64,000 nt of DNA from Candidatus Iainarchaeum sp. (GCA_018304465.1 JAGVWC010000012.1:64001-128000); one strand, 5' to 3'; positions 8,984 to 18,807 are shown, counted from the stretch's first letter. Numbers and translations: made by a program. Notes: generated by a model not told the origin, from the letters alone.

Positions 8984-11644
8984 ATGATGAATCTGCGATA
9001 TGCGCTTTTGGCAGTGGTTTTGGTCTTGGTCATCGGACCCGTTCTGGCCAGCGGTTATTATCCGCCCGCTTCGTGCGACCGCATTCATCTAAGCACGGTT
9101 CCGGTGTCCGTGAACTCGGAGTCCGCCAAAAACTTTTTTGTCGGAATCGAAAACACGTCCAATGTTCCTTTTTTCCTCGATGATTTTTCCGTCACGGAAA
9201 CATCCAGCTTTCTTAATATCGATTCGGATTACGCGAATTATTGGATCCCCGCGCATGCCACGGCCCAGCACGTTTCAACCGCCACTGCGGCCGCCGTGTA
9301 TTTGGACCAGACCATCACGGGTCGCGCGCGCGTTTCGGGTCGTTTCGCAAATGGGTTGAGCTGTTCGTATTTGCATATCGGCGAAAAAACCGTTCCGATT
9401 ACCGTGAAAGCGCCGGTCAGCGACTTTGGAACCTGCAACCAGATCATTGTGGATGTTTTTCCGGTGAACGTTGCCGAGGATTCGCTTTCGTTTGAAACGT
9501 TTTTGATCCGAAACAATACCGGAAAACGCTTTTTCATTAATTCCGTCGAGATTTCGGACGAAGGCGATTTTGTTTTGGTTCAAAAGGATTATTTCGATCC
9601 GATTATTCCGTCATATCAAACCGGCGAACTGCGGGTAAAAATCAGCGCGGAAGAAGTTTCCGGAAACCGCAGTGGAAATGTTCGGATTCGGATTCGCGGG
9701 GAATTCGAAGGGGGTGCCGTGTGCAATCAGGTTCCGGACCGCGTGTTCTCGGTTACCGTTGAAAATTCGGCTCCGGATGTTACCTGCAACCAGCTTGGAA
9801 TCACGGGGGAATCTTTTCGATTAAGTCAGAATGGTTCGCAATCACGCGTGTTTACGGTGACGAATAATTCGGAACTGGATTTTTCCGTGTATGACGTGAA
9901 AATCGAGGAAACCGATCCCGAGTTTGCCGTTCAATTGATTTCAAAGAGTTCCACGATCCCGGCGCATGGCACCGGAACAATTCAGTTGCGGGCCACCACG
10001 GGTACGCTGGACGCTTCCGGAATCGGGGGGTTTCGATTGCAATTGCGCGGCGAGTTTGAAAACCGCGAGATTTGCAGTTTTTCGGACGTAAGCAAAGAAA
10101 TCGCGGTGGAACTGGTCAAGGACACGCCGACGCCGAATCCAGAGGTTTGCCGCTCGGTTTCGATCGAAGCCTTTCCATTGCTTTTGGAAAGCGGGTCTTC
10201 GAAAACGGATTTTTTCAAGGTGTTGAACGGTTCGAACCGGACGTTTTACATTGATTCCGTGAACATGTTTGACGACAGCACGGATTTTTCGCTTAGTGAA
10301 ACCACGTTTGACTTGTTTGCGCCTTCGGGAGGCGGAATCGCCCGGGTGTGGTTTTCGGCACAGGCAAATCGTGTTTCGAGCGAGGGAGACCGAACCGGTT
10401 TTATCCAGGTGTCGGGTCATTTCGCCGACGGGGCTACGTGTTCGTTCACCGCGATCGGAACCGAAAGTTTTCCGGTGGTTATCACGCCGAAAGATTCGGA
10501 CGAAACGTGTCCGGACTTCAAACTCGAAGTGCCGGATCGCGTGGTTGCGTCCGATGACGTGGCATGGGTGGATGTGCGTGTTTTCAATCCGACGGATCAG
10601 GACGCGTTCGTGTATTTGAGCGGAACCAATTTGTCGGTTTCGCCCAGCGTGATTTCCGCGCCGCCGAATGGCTGGTTTTCAACGACCGTGAAAGCGACGT
10701 TGCTTTCGGGTTCGGAAACAAATCTCGAGTTTCGCCCCAGCGTGTTCGATTGCACGGCGTTAAAGAAATTTACGCGTATTGTTTCCCGCGAGACTGGAGA
10801 CGGGGACATTCGAATCGCGTCGTTGCCGTCCTCCGTGGTGTTTGTCAAAAAAACGACGGTCAAGGTTTTGGTCGAAAACAATTCGAATTTCAGCCGAACC
10901 GTGGACGTGAAAATGGGAAATATTCTGAATGGTTGGACGACCGAATCGCATTCGGTGTCGGTTCCACGAAACGAGTCGGTTCCGGTGTACATTGATATTT
11001 TTTCCAACAACGTGTTCGGAGAAGCGGACGCGGTCGTGGGTCTTTTTGAGGACGGCGACTTGGTGGATGAGCGGGATATTTTAATCAAAGCGGTTCCGAA
11101 GTTGAGCGCGTCCGATGTTCTTACGGTCACTATTTCCGTGGTGCCGGTGTCGCCGACAGAAACCCAGGTGCATGTGCAGGTGACCAATTTTTCGGATTCT
11201 CAAGTTTCCGGAGACGTGTGGATCGAACTTCCGGCCGGCTGGTCGGTTTCGAATAACCGCAGCGTGTTTACGTTAAACCCCAATGAATCAAATACCCGGA
11301 TTTTTTCTGCCAAGCCCAGTGCTTCGGCAACGGACGGAAACGGTTCAGTAGTGGTGGCGTTGGATGACGGTCGATCCGATCGATTCGCTTTTACCATGAA
11401 GCGATTTGGAAGCCAACTGACCCCGTCGAACGGTTTTTTTGCGGGTTTGTTTTCGCTTGGACGCGGAGTGTTTTCCAGCGGGCTTTTGATTTTGTTGATC
11501 GTGCTGGCCGTGGTGTTGGTGTTCTTGTTTTTGGATAACCAGTATCGCGAAGCCCATCCGCCGCGGATTCGCCATCCGCCGTTTTCGGTGATTGATAAAA
11601 ATGGCCAGTATCGCTCGAATGGACGGCACTCGTGGCGCGCGTAA
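8984..11644 (+). CDS. Large secreted, membrane-anchored surface protein with four Cys-flanked Ig-like repeats
   Basis: Signal peptide; ~115-aa repeats ending G.F..G..C; NEW3/CARDB-like LPAGWSV domain; C-terminal TM helix; many N-x-S/T sequons. Confidence 0.85.
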   Translation: MMNLRYALLAVVLVLVIGPVLASGYYPPASCDRIHLSTVPVSVNSESAKNFFVGIENTSNVPFFLDDFSVTETSSFLNIDSDYANYWIPAHATAQHVSTATAAAVYLDQTITGRARVSGRFANGLSCSYLHIGEKTVPITVKAPVSDFGTCNQIIVDVFPVNVAEDSLSFETFLIRNNTGKRFFINSVEISDEGDFVLVQKDYFDPIIPSYQTGELRVKISAEEVSGNRSGNVRIRIRGEFEGGAVCNQVPDRVFSVTVENSAPDVTCNQLGITGESFRLSQNGSQSRVFTVTNNSELDFSVYDVKIEETDPEFAVQLISKSSTIPAHGTGTIQLRATTGTLDASGIGGFRLQLRGEFENREICSFSDVSKEIAVELVKDTPTPNPEVCRSVSIEAFPLLLESGSSKTDFFKVLNGSNRTFYIDSVNMFDDSTDFSLSETTFDLFAPSGGGIARVWFSAQANRVSSEGDRTGFIQVSGHFADGATCSFTAIGTESFPVVITPKDSDETCPDFKLEVPDRVVASDDVAWVDVRVFNPTDQDAFVYLSGTNLSVSPSVISAPPNGWFSTTVKATLLSGSETNLEFRPSVFDCTALKKFTRIVSRETGDGDIRIASLPSSVVFVKKTTVKVLVENNSNFSRTVDVKMGNILNGWTTESHSVSVPRNESVPVYIDIFSNNVFGEADAVVGLFEDGDLVDERDILIKAVPKLSASDVLTVTISVVPVSPTETQVHVQVTNFSDSQVSGDVWIELPAGWSVSNNRSVFTLNPNESNTRIFSAKPSASATDGNGSVVVALDDGRSDRFAFTMKRFGSQLTPSNGFFAGLFSLGRGVFSSGLLILLIVLAVVLVFLFLDNQYREAHPPRIRHPPFSVIDKNGQYRSNGRHSWRA

Positions 11645-11788
11645 TTAAACAAACTGTTGGATAATTAAACAAAGTATTGAATAAAAAAAAAAGAGTGTTG
11701 AATATCTAAGAGAATTAGGGATAAAACCAAAGAGTGTTTGAAGTTCTTGGTGGGATGGCCAGCCAAAAGCGAAAACAGAACAGCACTC

Positions 11789-11796
11789 TTTAAATA
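11789..11796 (+). promoter_or_regulatory. TATA box of ribosomal superoperon
   Basis: TTTAAATA about 30 nt upstream of the structured rpl3 leader. Confidence 0.5.
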
Positions 11797-11825
11797 CCTT
11801 TTTCCGAAGGAATTGATATATTAAC

Positions 11826-11944
11826 GAATCCGGGGTTTTCCTGGATTTTATCCGTCTTTTTGACGGCAAACTGCATTCAGTTCGAACCGGATTGGATGTA
11901 ACTGCCAAAACACGAATTTTTGGCTGTTGGGCCCCCAAAGCCCG
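11826..11944 (+). ncRNA. Candidate structured 5' leader (five hairpins) of rpl3 operon
   Basis: Consecutive stems at 11826-11848, 11852-11866, 11872-11900 (13 bp, 4 G-U), 11904-11924 and 11928-11944. Confidence 0.5.
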
Positions 11945-11965
11945 TTTTCAGTGGATTGATGAAGA

Positions 11966-13096
11966 ATGGTAGATAAATCGCGTCCTCGAACAGGAAGCCT
12001 GCAATACTATCCGCGTTCTCGCGCAGACAAGGAAACCCCAAGCTTCCGCGCGTTTTCGGCTCCCAAAGCGGGCAAGGCAAAAGCGGTTAATTTTTTTGGA
12101 TATAAAGCCGGCATGGTGCAGATCGGGGGAAAAGACCTTCGAAAAAGCACGCCAAGTACCGGTCATGACATCATAATGGCGGGAACCGTTATCGAGTGTC
12201 CGCCGCTTCGCGTGATCGGAATTCGCGTCACCGGATGGAACGATGGTCGCACGGGAATCAACGTGTTAACCGAAATGTGGGCCGACAAAGCGGATCGACA
12301 TCTTCAAAAAAAAATTTATAATTTTAAATCGCCGCAGTCAAAGAAGAAAAAAACCAAAACCGTGTACAAAACGATTTCGGATTTGGAAAAAATCAAAGAC
12401 CAAATCGCCAACGTGCGCTTGCTGGTCGCGACGCAACCGAGTTTGACCGGATTTGGGAAGAAAAAACCCGACGTTTCCGAAGTCGCGATTTCAGGTGGAG
12501 TCGACGAACAACTGGCGTTTGCGAAAGAAAAACTCGGAAACGAATTGCATTTGAAAGAAGTATTTGAAAACAACACGCTGATGGATGTCAAAGCGGTTTC
12601 GACCGGAAAAGGAATGCAAGGCGTCATCAAACGACACAATGTCAAGATTCAGCGCCACAAAGCCAAGAAACAGCGCGCGGTCGGATCGATCGGTCCGTGG
12701 CATCCCCCGACTGTCATGTGGACGGTGGCGCGCGCGGGACAAATGGGATATAATTCGCGCACCGAATTCAACAAAAAGATCCTGGTTTTAGGCGAGAAAG
12801 GAAAAGCCATTTCGCCTTCAAGCGGTTTTGCGCATTATGGAAATGTTTCGAATGATTTTGTTTTGGTTGCCGGGTCGATTCCGGGTCCTTCCAAGCGTTG
12901 CATCGGATTGCGCTTGCCGACAAGACCCAGCCGCGAAAACCGCATTAAGCTTGAAGAAATTTCGTTTATTTCAACGGTTACGCACGGAAAAGCCGCGACC
13001 GAAGAAACTCCGAAAGCCGCCAAGGTTGAAGCGCAAAAAGTCGAAAAAAAAGAGCATAAAAGCGTTGAAGACGAATTAAAGCAAGCCGCCAAATAG
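11966..13096 (+). CDS. rpl3: 50S ribosomal protein uL3
   Basis: PRTGSLQYYPR, FFGYKAGM, GKGMQGVIKR, AGQMGYNSRTE. Confidence 0.97.
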   Translation: MVDKSRPRTGSLQYYPRSRADKETPSFRAFSAPKAGKAKAVNFFGYKAGMVQIGGKDLRKSTPSTGHDIIMAGTVIECPPLRVIGIRVTGWNDGRTGINVLTEMWADKADRHLQKKIYNFKSPQSKKKKTKTVYKTISDLEKIKDQIANVRLLVATQPSLTGFGKKKPDVSEVAISGGVDEQLAFAKEKLGNELHLKEVFENNTLMDVKAVSTGKGMQGVIKRHNVKIQRHKAKKQRAVGSIGPWHPPTVMWTVARAGQMGYNSRTEFNKKILVLGEKGKAISPSSGFAHYGNVSNDFVLVAGSIPGPSKRCIGLRLPTRPSRENRIKLEEISFISTVTHGKAATEETPKAAKVEAQKVEKKEHKSVEDELKQAAK

Positions 13097-13106
13097 AGGA
13101 TTTAAG

Positions 13107-13916
13107 ATGAAGTGCCACGTGTTGGGATTGGATGGAAAAGCGGGAAAAGCCCTGGAGTTACCCCCGATTTTTGAGTCGCAGGTCAACACCCAGTTGATCA
13201 AGCGCGCCGTTTTGTCAAGCCAGTCAAAAGCCAAGCAGCCCAAAGGAAAATATTTGAAAGCCGGATTGGATAATACCGCGGTGTACATCGGTTATCGCGG
13301 TTTGCCCGGCGGAGAAAAATCGATTAACACGGGTCACGCCCGATTGCCCCGCATGAAAAACCGCGGTTCATTGATGGCGGGAAAAGTCGCCGGTGTTTCG
13401 CAGGCCGTGGGCGGTCACGCCGCGCATCCGCCGAAAGTGGAGTCGCGTATCGCGGAAGAAATGAACAAGAAAGAACGCAAAAAAGCGCTTGCCAGCGCGA
13501 TTGCGGCCACGGGAAACAAGAGTTTTGTTCAGATTCGCGGAGAAACCAGCGTTTCGGAAGTGCCGTTGGTGATTTCGAATGAATTTGAAAAACTCGCCAA
13601 AACCAAGGATGTTTCGAATGTGTTGAAGAGTTTGAAGCTGTGGGACGAAATCGAAAGCGCGAAAGAAAAGCGCACGGTTCGCGCCGGAAAGCAAAAAAGC
13701 CGCGGAAACAAGTACAAGCGGCGAAAAAGCATTTTGATTGTGGTCGGAAAAAAAGCCGCGGCGATCAAGGGTTGCCGAAACCTCGAAGGCGTTGACGTGG
13801 TCGAAGCCCGAAATTTGAGCGTTGAATTGCTGGCCCCGGGAACAAAACCGGGCCGGTTGACATTGTGGACGGAAGACGCTGTATCGCAAGTCGGAAAGAT
13901 TTGGGGTAAAGAATAA
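13107..13916 (+). CDS. rpl4: 50S ribosomal protein uL4
   Basis: VGGHAAHPPK, LAPGTKPGRLTLWT. Confidence 0.97.
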   Translation: MKCHVLGLDGKAGKALELPPIFESQVNTQLIKRAVLSSQSKAKQPKGKYLKAGLDNTAVYIGYRGLPGGEKSINTGHARLPRMKNRGSLMAGKVAGVSQAVGGHAAHPPKVESRIAEEMNKKERKKALASAIAATGNKSFVQIRGETSVSEVPLVISNEFEKLAKTKDVSNVLKSLKLWDEIESAKEKRTVRAGKQKSRGNKYKRRKSILIVVGKKAAAIKGCRNLEGVDVVEARNLSVELLAPGTKPGRLTLWTEDAVSQVGKIWGKE

Positions 13917-14341
13917 TGGCAAAGAAAAAAGCGGCCAAAGTCGCGAAGAAACCCGTTGCGGAAAAAAAACCGGTCGTGCAAAAGAAGTCCACCGGAAAGC
14001 ACACGCAGGTCCAGGAACGAATCGCGTCAAAGGAAAAGAAAACCCCCCTGGTCGCGCAGGCTTCCGCAAGCGAACAAATCAGGGACTTGACGGAAATTAT
14101 TTTTTATCCGTTGATTACGGAAAAAGCGGTCGGAATGATCGAAAAGGAAAACAAACTGGCGTTTGTCGTCAGTGATTCGGCGTCCAAGGACAAAATCAAA
14201 AAAGCGGTCCAGGACGTGTACGCGGTCAAGGTATCCGACGTAAATTTGATCCGCGACCGAAAAGGCCGGAAAAAAGCGTTCGTGCGGCTTGACAAGGCGT
14301 TCAAGGCAAGCGATGTCGCGATTAAACTCGGAGTCATTTAA
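13916..14341 (+). CDS. rpl23: 50S ribosomal protein uL23 with Lys/Ala-rich N-terminal extension
   Basis: YPLITEKAV..IEKENKLAFVV, KKAFVRL. Confidence 0.95.
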   Translation: MAKKKAAKVAKKPVAEKKPVVQKKSTGKHTQVQERIASKEKKTPLVAQASASEQIRDLTEIIFYPLITEKAVGMIEKENKLAFVVSDSASKDKIKKAVQDVYAVKVSDVNLIRDRKGRKKAFVRLDKAFKASDVAIKLGVI

Positions 14342-14351
14342 AGGTGTTCAA

Positions 14352-15074
14352 TTGGGTAAGTCATTACGAGCGCAGCGAAGAGGCAAAGGCTCCTTTACGT
14401 TTATTGCGACAAAAAAAGGAACCGCGGACGTGCGGTACTTGCGTTCTTCGGATACCGAACCGCTCGGTGTTTTGTCCGGACAAGTGCTGGAATTGGAAAC
14501 CGACGCGGGTCGAAGCGCGGTTTTGGCGCGCGTGTTGTTTTCGAACGGAAAAGAATCGTATATGATCGCCGCCGAAGGATTGACGAAAGGACAATCGATT
14601 GAAATGGGCAAAAACGCGCAAGTGGGAATCGGAAACGTATTGCCTGTCGCGCAGATTCCGGAAGGATGCCCGATTTTTTGCGTTGAAAAAATGGCGGAAG
14701 ACGGCGGATCCCTGGTTCGAGCGTCGGGTTTGTACGGGTTGATCATGTCCAAAACCGCCAAAAACGCGTTGGTTAAATTGTCTTCGGGAAAAACCATCGA
14801 GCTTCCACTGGAATGCCGCGCAACGATCGGTTGTGTGGCGGGCGGAGGACGACATGAAAAGCCAATGCTTAAAGCAGGAACCCATTTTCATTTAATGAAG
14901 GCGCGTAGACGCCATTATCCGGGATTGCGTGGAGTCGCCATGAACGCGGTCGATCACCCGTTCGGTGGAAGCCAGCATCACGCCGGAAAATCCAAGAGCA
15001 CCAAGCGCAATGCGCCGCCGGGCCGAAAGGTCGGAGCGATTGCCTCAAGCCGCACGGGACGGAGGAAGAGATAA
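14352..15074 (+). CDS. rpl2: 50S ribosomal protein uL2
   Basis: TTG start after AAGGTG; GKSLRAQRRGKG, RGVAMNAVDHPFGG, PPGRKVG. Confidence 0.97.
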   Translation: MGKSLRAQRRGKGSFTFIATKKGTADVRYLRSSDTEPLGVLSGQVLELETDAGRSAVLARVLFSNGKESYMIAAEGLTKGQSIEMGKNAQVGIGNVLPVAQIPEGCPIFCVEKMAEDGGSLVRASGLYGLIMSKTAKNALVKLSSGKTIELPLECRATIGCVAGGGRHEKPMLKAGTHFHLMKARRRHYPGLRGVAMNAVDHPFGGSQHHAGKSKSTKRNAPPGRKVGAIASSRTGRRKR

Positions 15075-15473
15075 ATGGCAAAGGAATTTTTGTACCGCAA
15101 CAAGACAATGACGGAGCTTTCGGAAATGCCGCTGGATCAATTCGCGTTGCTGGTTCGAAGCCGAGCGCGTCGAACGTTACAGCACGGATTCGACAAGCAG
15201 TTGTTGAAACGCATCGAAAAAAACATTCAGACGCAAAAAGCGGGAAAAGAACCCAAAGCCATCCGAACGCATCTGCGCGATACCGTGATCATTCCCAAAA
15301 TGGTGGGATTGCGTTTTGCCGTTTACAAGGGAAACTCGTTCGAACAAGTATTGGTCATACCGGAAATGCTGGGCCATTACCTGGGCGAAATGGTTTTGAC
15401 GAGGAAACGCTTGCTGCACGGAAAAGCCGGAATCGGTGCCACCAAGTCGAGCACCGCGATTACCGCGCGATAA
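15075..15473 (+). CDS. rps19: 30S ribosomal protein uS19
   Basis: IRTHLRD, MLGHYLGE, GIGATKSS. Confidence 0.97.
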   Translation: MAKEFLYRNKTMTELSEMPLDQFALLVRSRARRTLQHGFDKQLLKRIEKNIQTQKAGKEPKAIRTHLRDTVIIPKMVGLRFAVYKGNSFEQVLVIPEMLGHYLGEMVLTRKRLLHGKAGIGATKSSTAITAR

Positions 15474-15486
15474 TGAAGGTTAGCAT

Positions 15487-15957
15487 ATGAAACGAAATTA
15501 CAATCTGGAAACGACCGTTGTGGAGAAAAAAATGGCGCGCGCATTGAGCGTTGGCGTTAACGCGTCGCTCAAATACGCGACCGAAATCTGCAACCAGGTC
15601 CGCGGAAAACCCGTGAAAAAAGTGGAAGCGTTTTTGGAACGCGTGCTTGAAAAAGAAGAACACTTGCCGTTGCCGCGCTACAACAAGAAAGTTGCGCACA
15701 GAAAAGGCGAAGCGAAAGAACACACCAAGTCGGGCCGGTATCCGGAAAAAACCGTGAAAGTATTTTTGAAGCTGGTACAAAGCGCGAAAGCGAATGCCGA
15801 TTACAAGGGACTCGATGCCGAAAAACTCGTGGTCTTGCATGCGTTTGCAAGCCAGGCGTTTGGAAGACCGTCGTACCAGAACAAAGGACACATCAGCGGA
15901 AAACGACGAAAAACAAAGTCGTGCCACATCGAAATTGTGTTGTTAGAGGCAGCCTAA
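15487..15957 (+). CDS. rpl22: 50S ribosomal protein uL22
   Basis: GRYPEK, NADYKGLD, CHIEIVL. Confidence 0.96.
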   Translation: MKRNYNLETTVVEKKMARALSVGVNASLKYATEICNQVRGKPVKKVEAFLERVLEKEEHLPLPRYNKKVAHRKGEAKEHTKSGRYPEKTVKVFLKLVQSAKANADYKGLDAEKLVVLHAFASQAFGRPSYQNKGHISGKRRKTKSCHIEIVLLEAA

Positions 15958-15963
15958 GGGGAT

Positions 15964-16776
15964 ATGCAAATGATTGAACGAGCATTCATCGAACAGGGAA
16001 TCCGAAAAGTCGAACTCGACCGGTTCTTGCGCGGAAAATTGGAACGCGCGGGTTTCACGCGGTCCGAAATCGTCAAGACGCCGCTCGTGACGCGAATCGT
16101 CGTCAACGTGGTGTCACCGGGACTCGCGATCGGAAAAGGCGGGGAAAACATCCGAAGCCTTACCGAAGCGATCAAAACCAAGTACGGAATCGAAAATCCG
16201 CAGTTGGAAATCCGGGAAATTCCCAAGGTGAATCTCGACTCGCAAGCCGTCACCGACAAGATCGTGGCGGCCGTGGAACGAGGGTTCTCGTGGAGAAGCG
16301 TTTGCTTTCGAACCGTGCGCGACATCATGGGTAGCGGCGCCAAAGGAGTCGAAATTATTGTTAAAGGAGTCATTGCGGGAAAAGGACAGCGAAAACGCAA
16401 ACAACGCCTGGCCGAAGGATACATGAAAAAAGTCGGGAACGAAGCGTTGCTCGTCGATTATGCCAAAGGAACCGCGATCACCAAGATCGGAGCGATCGGT
16501 TTCAAAGTACGGATCGTGCGACCCGACGTGCAGTTTTTGGACAAGATTGATTTGAGAAATTACATCGGGAAAAAAGCGGATGAAACCGTTGTCGCGGAAT
16601 CGGTTCCAATGGAAGTGGAGCCGGTAACCGAGAAAGCCGAAGAAATCGTTGAGGAAAAAACCGAAAAGAAAGAAACCAAGAAACCCAAAGCGGAAAAACC
16701 CAAGGCAAAAAAAGAAAAGAAAGAAGAACCTGCAGAGAAAAAAGCCGAGGAATCCGCGGTGGAAGAAGAAAAGTGA
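15964..16776 (+). CDS. rps3: 30S ribosomal protein uS3 with K/E-rich C-terminal tail
   Basis: KH motif PGLAIGKGG, GAKGVEI. Confidence 0.96.
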   Translation: MQMIERAFIEQGIRKVELDRFLRGKLERAGFTRSEIVKTPLVTRIVVNVVSPGLAIGKGGENIRSLTEAIKTKYGIENPQLEIREIPKVNLDSQAVTDKIVAAVERGFSWRSVCFRTVRDIMGSGAKGVEIIVKGVIAGKGQRKRKQRLAEGYMKKVGNEALLVDYAKGTAITKIGAIGFKVRIVRPDVQFLDKIDLRNYIGKKADETVVAESVPMEVEPVTEKAEEIVEEKTEKKETKKPKAEKPKAKKEKKEEPAEKKAEESAVEEEK

Positions 16777-16786
16777 AGGTTAAGGT

Positions 16787-17014
16787 ATGAAAGTAAAAGA
16801 AGTTCGTGCATTGGGCGATCAAGACGCGGAAACGAAACTGGCGGAATTGAAGAAACAACTGGCCAAAGAACGCGGACTCGTCGCGTCCGGAACCCGACCC
16901 GAGAATCCTGGAAAAATAAAGGATATGCGCAAAACCATCGCGCGGATTCTGACGGTTAGCCACGAAAAAGCGCTTAAGCAAAAAACAAAAAAAATGATAG
17001 CACGCGGAGGCTGA
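16787..17014 (+). CDS. rpl29: 50S ribosomal protein uL29
   Basis: ENPGKIKDMRKTIARILT. Confidence 0.95.
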   Translation: MKVKEVRALGDQDAETKLAELKKQLAKERGLVASGTRPENPGKIKDMRKTIARILTVSHEKALKQKTKKMIARGG

Positions 17015-17023
17015 AGGAAAAAA

Positions 17024-17329
17024 ATGGATGAAATTTGTCAAACCTGTGGACTACCGAAATCACTTTGCGTCTGTGGCCAAATCGAAAAAGAGCAGCAGAA
17101 AATAAAGATTCGGATGATTACCCGAAAATTCGGAAAACAGGTGACGCACGTCAGCGGTTTCGACACCGAGGAACTGGCCAAAGAACTGGAAAAAGTGTTG
17201 AAAAAAAAACTCGCTTGCGGCGGAACATCCAAGAACAAAATCATCGAACTGCAAGGAAATCATGCACGAAAAGTCAAAGAAGTGCTGCTTGCGGAAGGAT
17301 ACAACGAGGCATTGATTGATGATCATTGA
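17024..17329 (+). CDS. Translation initiation factor aIF1/SUI1
   Basis: CQTCGLPKSLCVC, LKKKLACGGT, IELQGNH. Confidence 0.95.
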   Translation: MDEICQTCGLPKSLCVCGQIEKEQQKIKIRMITRKFGKQVTHVSGFDTEELAKELEKVLKKKLACGGTSKNKIIELQGNHARKVKEVLLAEGYNEALIDDH

Positions 17330-17606
17330 AATTACCGAGAAAAACCTTGCCGGCCATGAATGGATCGGTTTGGACGCGGTTGTGATCGCGTCCACGGATC
17401 CGGGCAGAGTCGGAAAAAAAGGTCGGATCGTCGGTGAAACCAAAAACACGGTTGTGTTGGAATCGGATTCCAGAGAAATCGTGTTGCCAAAAAAAGAAGT
17501 GAAATTGGAAATCGAATGGAAGGAGAAAAAGTACACGTTAGATTTGAAAGAATGGTGTTTTAGGCCGGAAGACCGCATTAAGGCTTTGGTCAAGAAAAAA
17601 AAATGA
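17316..17606 (+). CDS. rnp1: RNase P protein subunit Rpp29
   Basis: HEWIGL, GRIVGETKNT, RPEDRIK; canonical position. Confidence 0.92.
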   Translation: MMIIEITEKNLAGHEWIGLDAVVIASTDPGRVGKKGRIVGETKNTVVLESDSREIVLPKKEVKLEIEWKEKKYTLDLKEWCFRPEDRIKALVKKKK

Positions 17607-17616
17607 GGGAAGAAAC

Positions 17617-17958
17617 ATGTCGGTGAAAAACAAAAACAGTTTGCCCGTGCGCGGAAACGTGTTTGATGGAAGAGTCATCAGCGCGAAAGCCCCGAAAACC
17701 GTTACGGTTTTGCGCGACACAGTGCATTACGTTTCAAAGTATGAGCGATACAAAAAAAGCCGCTCAAAAGTAAAAGCGCACGTTCCCGACAATTTTGCCG
17801 TGAACGAAGGCGACGTGGTACGAATCGGGGAAACCCGAAAAATTTCGAAAACCAAGAATTTCGTCGTCATGCAGATCCTGCAGAAAGCCGCCGAAAAACG
17901 CTTGATTGAAGACATCAAAGAAGAGGAAAAACCCAAAAAGAAAGAGGATAAGAAATGA
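17617..17958 (+). CDS. rps17: 30S ribosomal protein uS17
   Basis: VRGNVFDGRV, KYERY, GETRKISKTKNF. Confidence 0.96.
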   Translation: MSVKNKNSLPVRGNVFDGRVISAKAPKTVTVLRDTVHYVSKYERYKKSRSKVKAHVPDNFAVNEGDVVRIGETRKISKTKNFVVMQILQKAAEKRLIEDIKEEEKPKKKEDKK

Positions 17959-18353
17959 ATGCCATTAACGCTTCGCCGGTGCGGGGATTGACGCAAAAGA
18001 CGCGTTGTTTGTGTACGGATAATTCCGGCGCGAAAGAAGTGGAGATTATCAGCGTGTTTGGATTCAAATCACGCAAGAAAATGTATCCGAAAGCCGGAAT
18101 CGCCGACCTCGTGAACGTGGTCGTCAAGAAAGGAAAACCGGAAATGCGTAAAAAAGTGGAACGCGCGGTCGTTGTCCGTGTTCGAAAAGAATACCGCCGA
18201 CGCGACGGAATGCGCATCGCGTTCGAAGACAACGCGGTTGTATTGGTCGATGAAAAAGGATTGCCCAAAGCATCCGAAGTCAAAGGCGTGGTCGCCAAAG
18301 AAGTCGCCGAACGATATCCGAAAGTCGCGGGATTGGCCCAGGCCGTTTTGTAA
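17955..18353 (+). CDS. rpl14: 50S ribosomal protein uL14
   Basis: DNSGAK, RRRDG..FEDNAVV. Confidence 0.97.
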   Translation: MNAINASPVRGLTQKTRCLCTDNSGAKEVEIISVFGFKSRKKMYPKAGIADLVNVVVKKGKPEMRKKVERAVVVRVRKEYRRRDGMRIAFEDNAVVLVDEKGLPKASEVKGVVAKEVAERYPKVAGLAQAVL

Positions 18354-18360
18354 GGAATGA

Positions 18361-18807
18361 TTGAAGATGAATCCGAAAAGCAAAAAACCAAACAAGCAGC
18401 GGAAATACCAGGCCAACCTGGCGTTGCACCAGAAGCAAAAACGTTTGTCGGTGCATTTGTCCAAAGAGCTGCGCAAAGAGTATAAGACCCGCGCGGTGCC
18501 CTTAAAGAAAGGCGACTTGGTGAAAGTCGTTTCGGGAAACCAGTTCGGAAAAACCGGCAAAGTAACCGAAGTCAATTACGATTCGCAGCGCGTCGCAATT
18601 GAAAAGATCATGCGCAAAAAATCGGACGGAAAAGAAATCCCGATTTTGATTCACGCGAGCAATTTGATGATTATGGAATTGGAAACCAAAGACGACCGGC
18701 GATTCAAGAATGCTCCGGCGAAAAAAAAGAAAACCCACGAAGAAGCCCCGGAAAAAACCGCGGCACCAAAGAAAACCGTGGCCAAAGCGAAGGTGACTGC
18801 AAAATGA
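18361..18807 (+). CDS. rpl24: 50S ribosomal protein uL24
   Basis: KQRKY, LSKELRKEY, KGDLVKV, IHASNL. Confidence 0.95.
   Translation: MKMNPKSKKPNKQRKYQANLALHQKQKRLSVHLSKELRKEYKTRAVPLKKGDLVKVVSGNQFGKTGKVTEVNYDSQRVAIEKIMRKKSDGKEIPILIHASNLMIMELETKDDRRFKNAPAKKKKTHEEAPEKTAAPKKTVAKAKVTAK

Noticed and set aside
11642-11703. Possible CRISPR repeats
   Set aside because: Repeats are contiguous, degenerate and spacerless, and no cas genes are present
11729-11791. Stem with a GAA-containing bulge resembling an archaeal SECIS
   Set aside because: No nearby ORF has an in-frame TGA at a Cys position, the apical geometry does not fit, and the stem overlaps the probable TATA box
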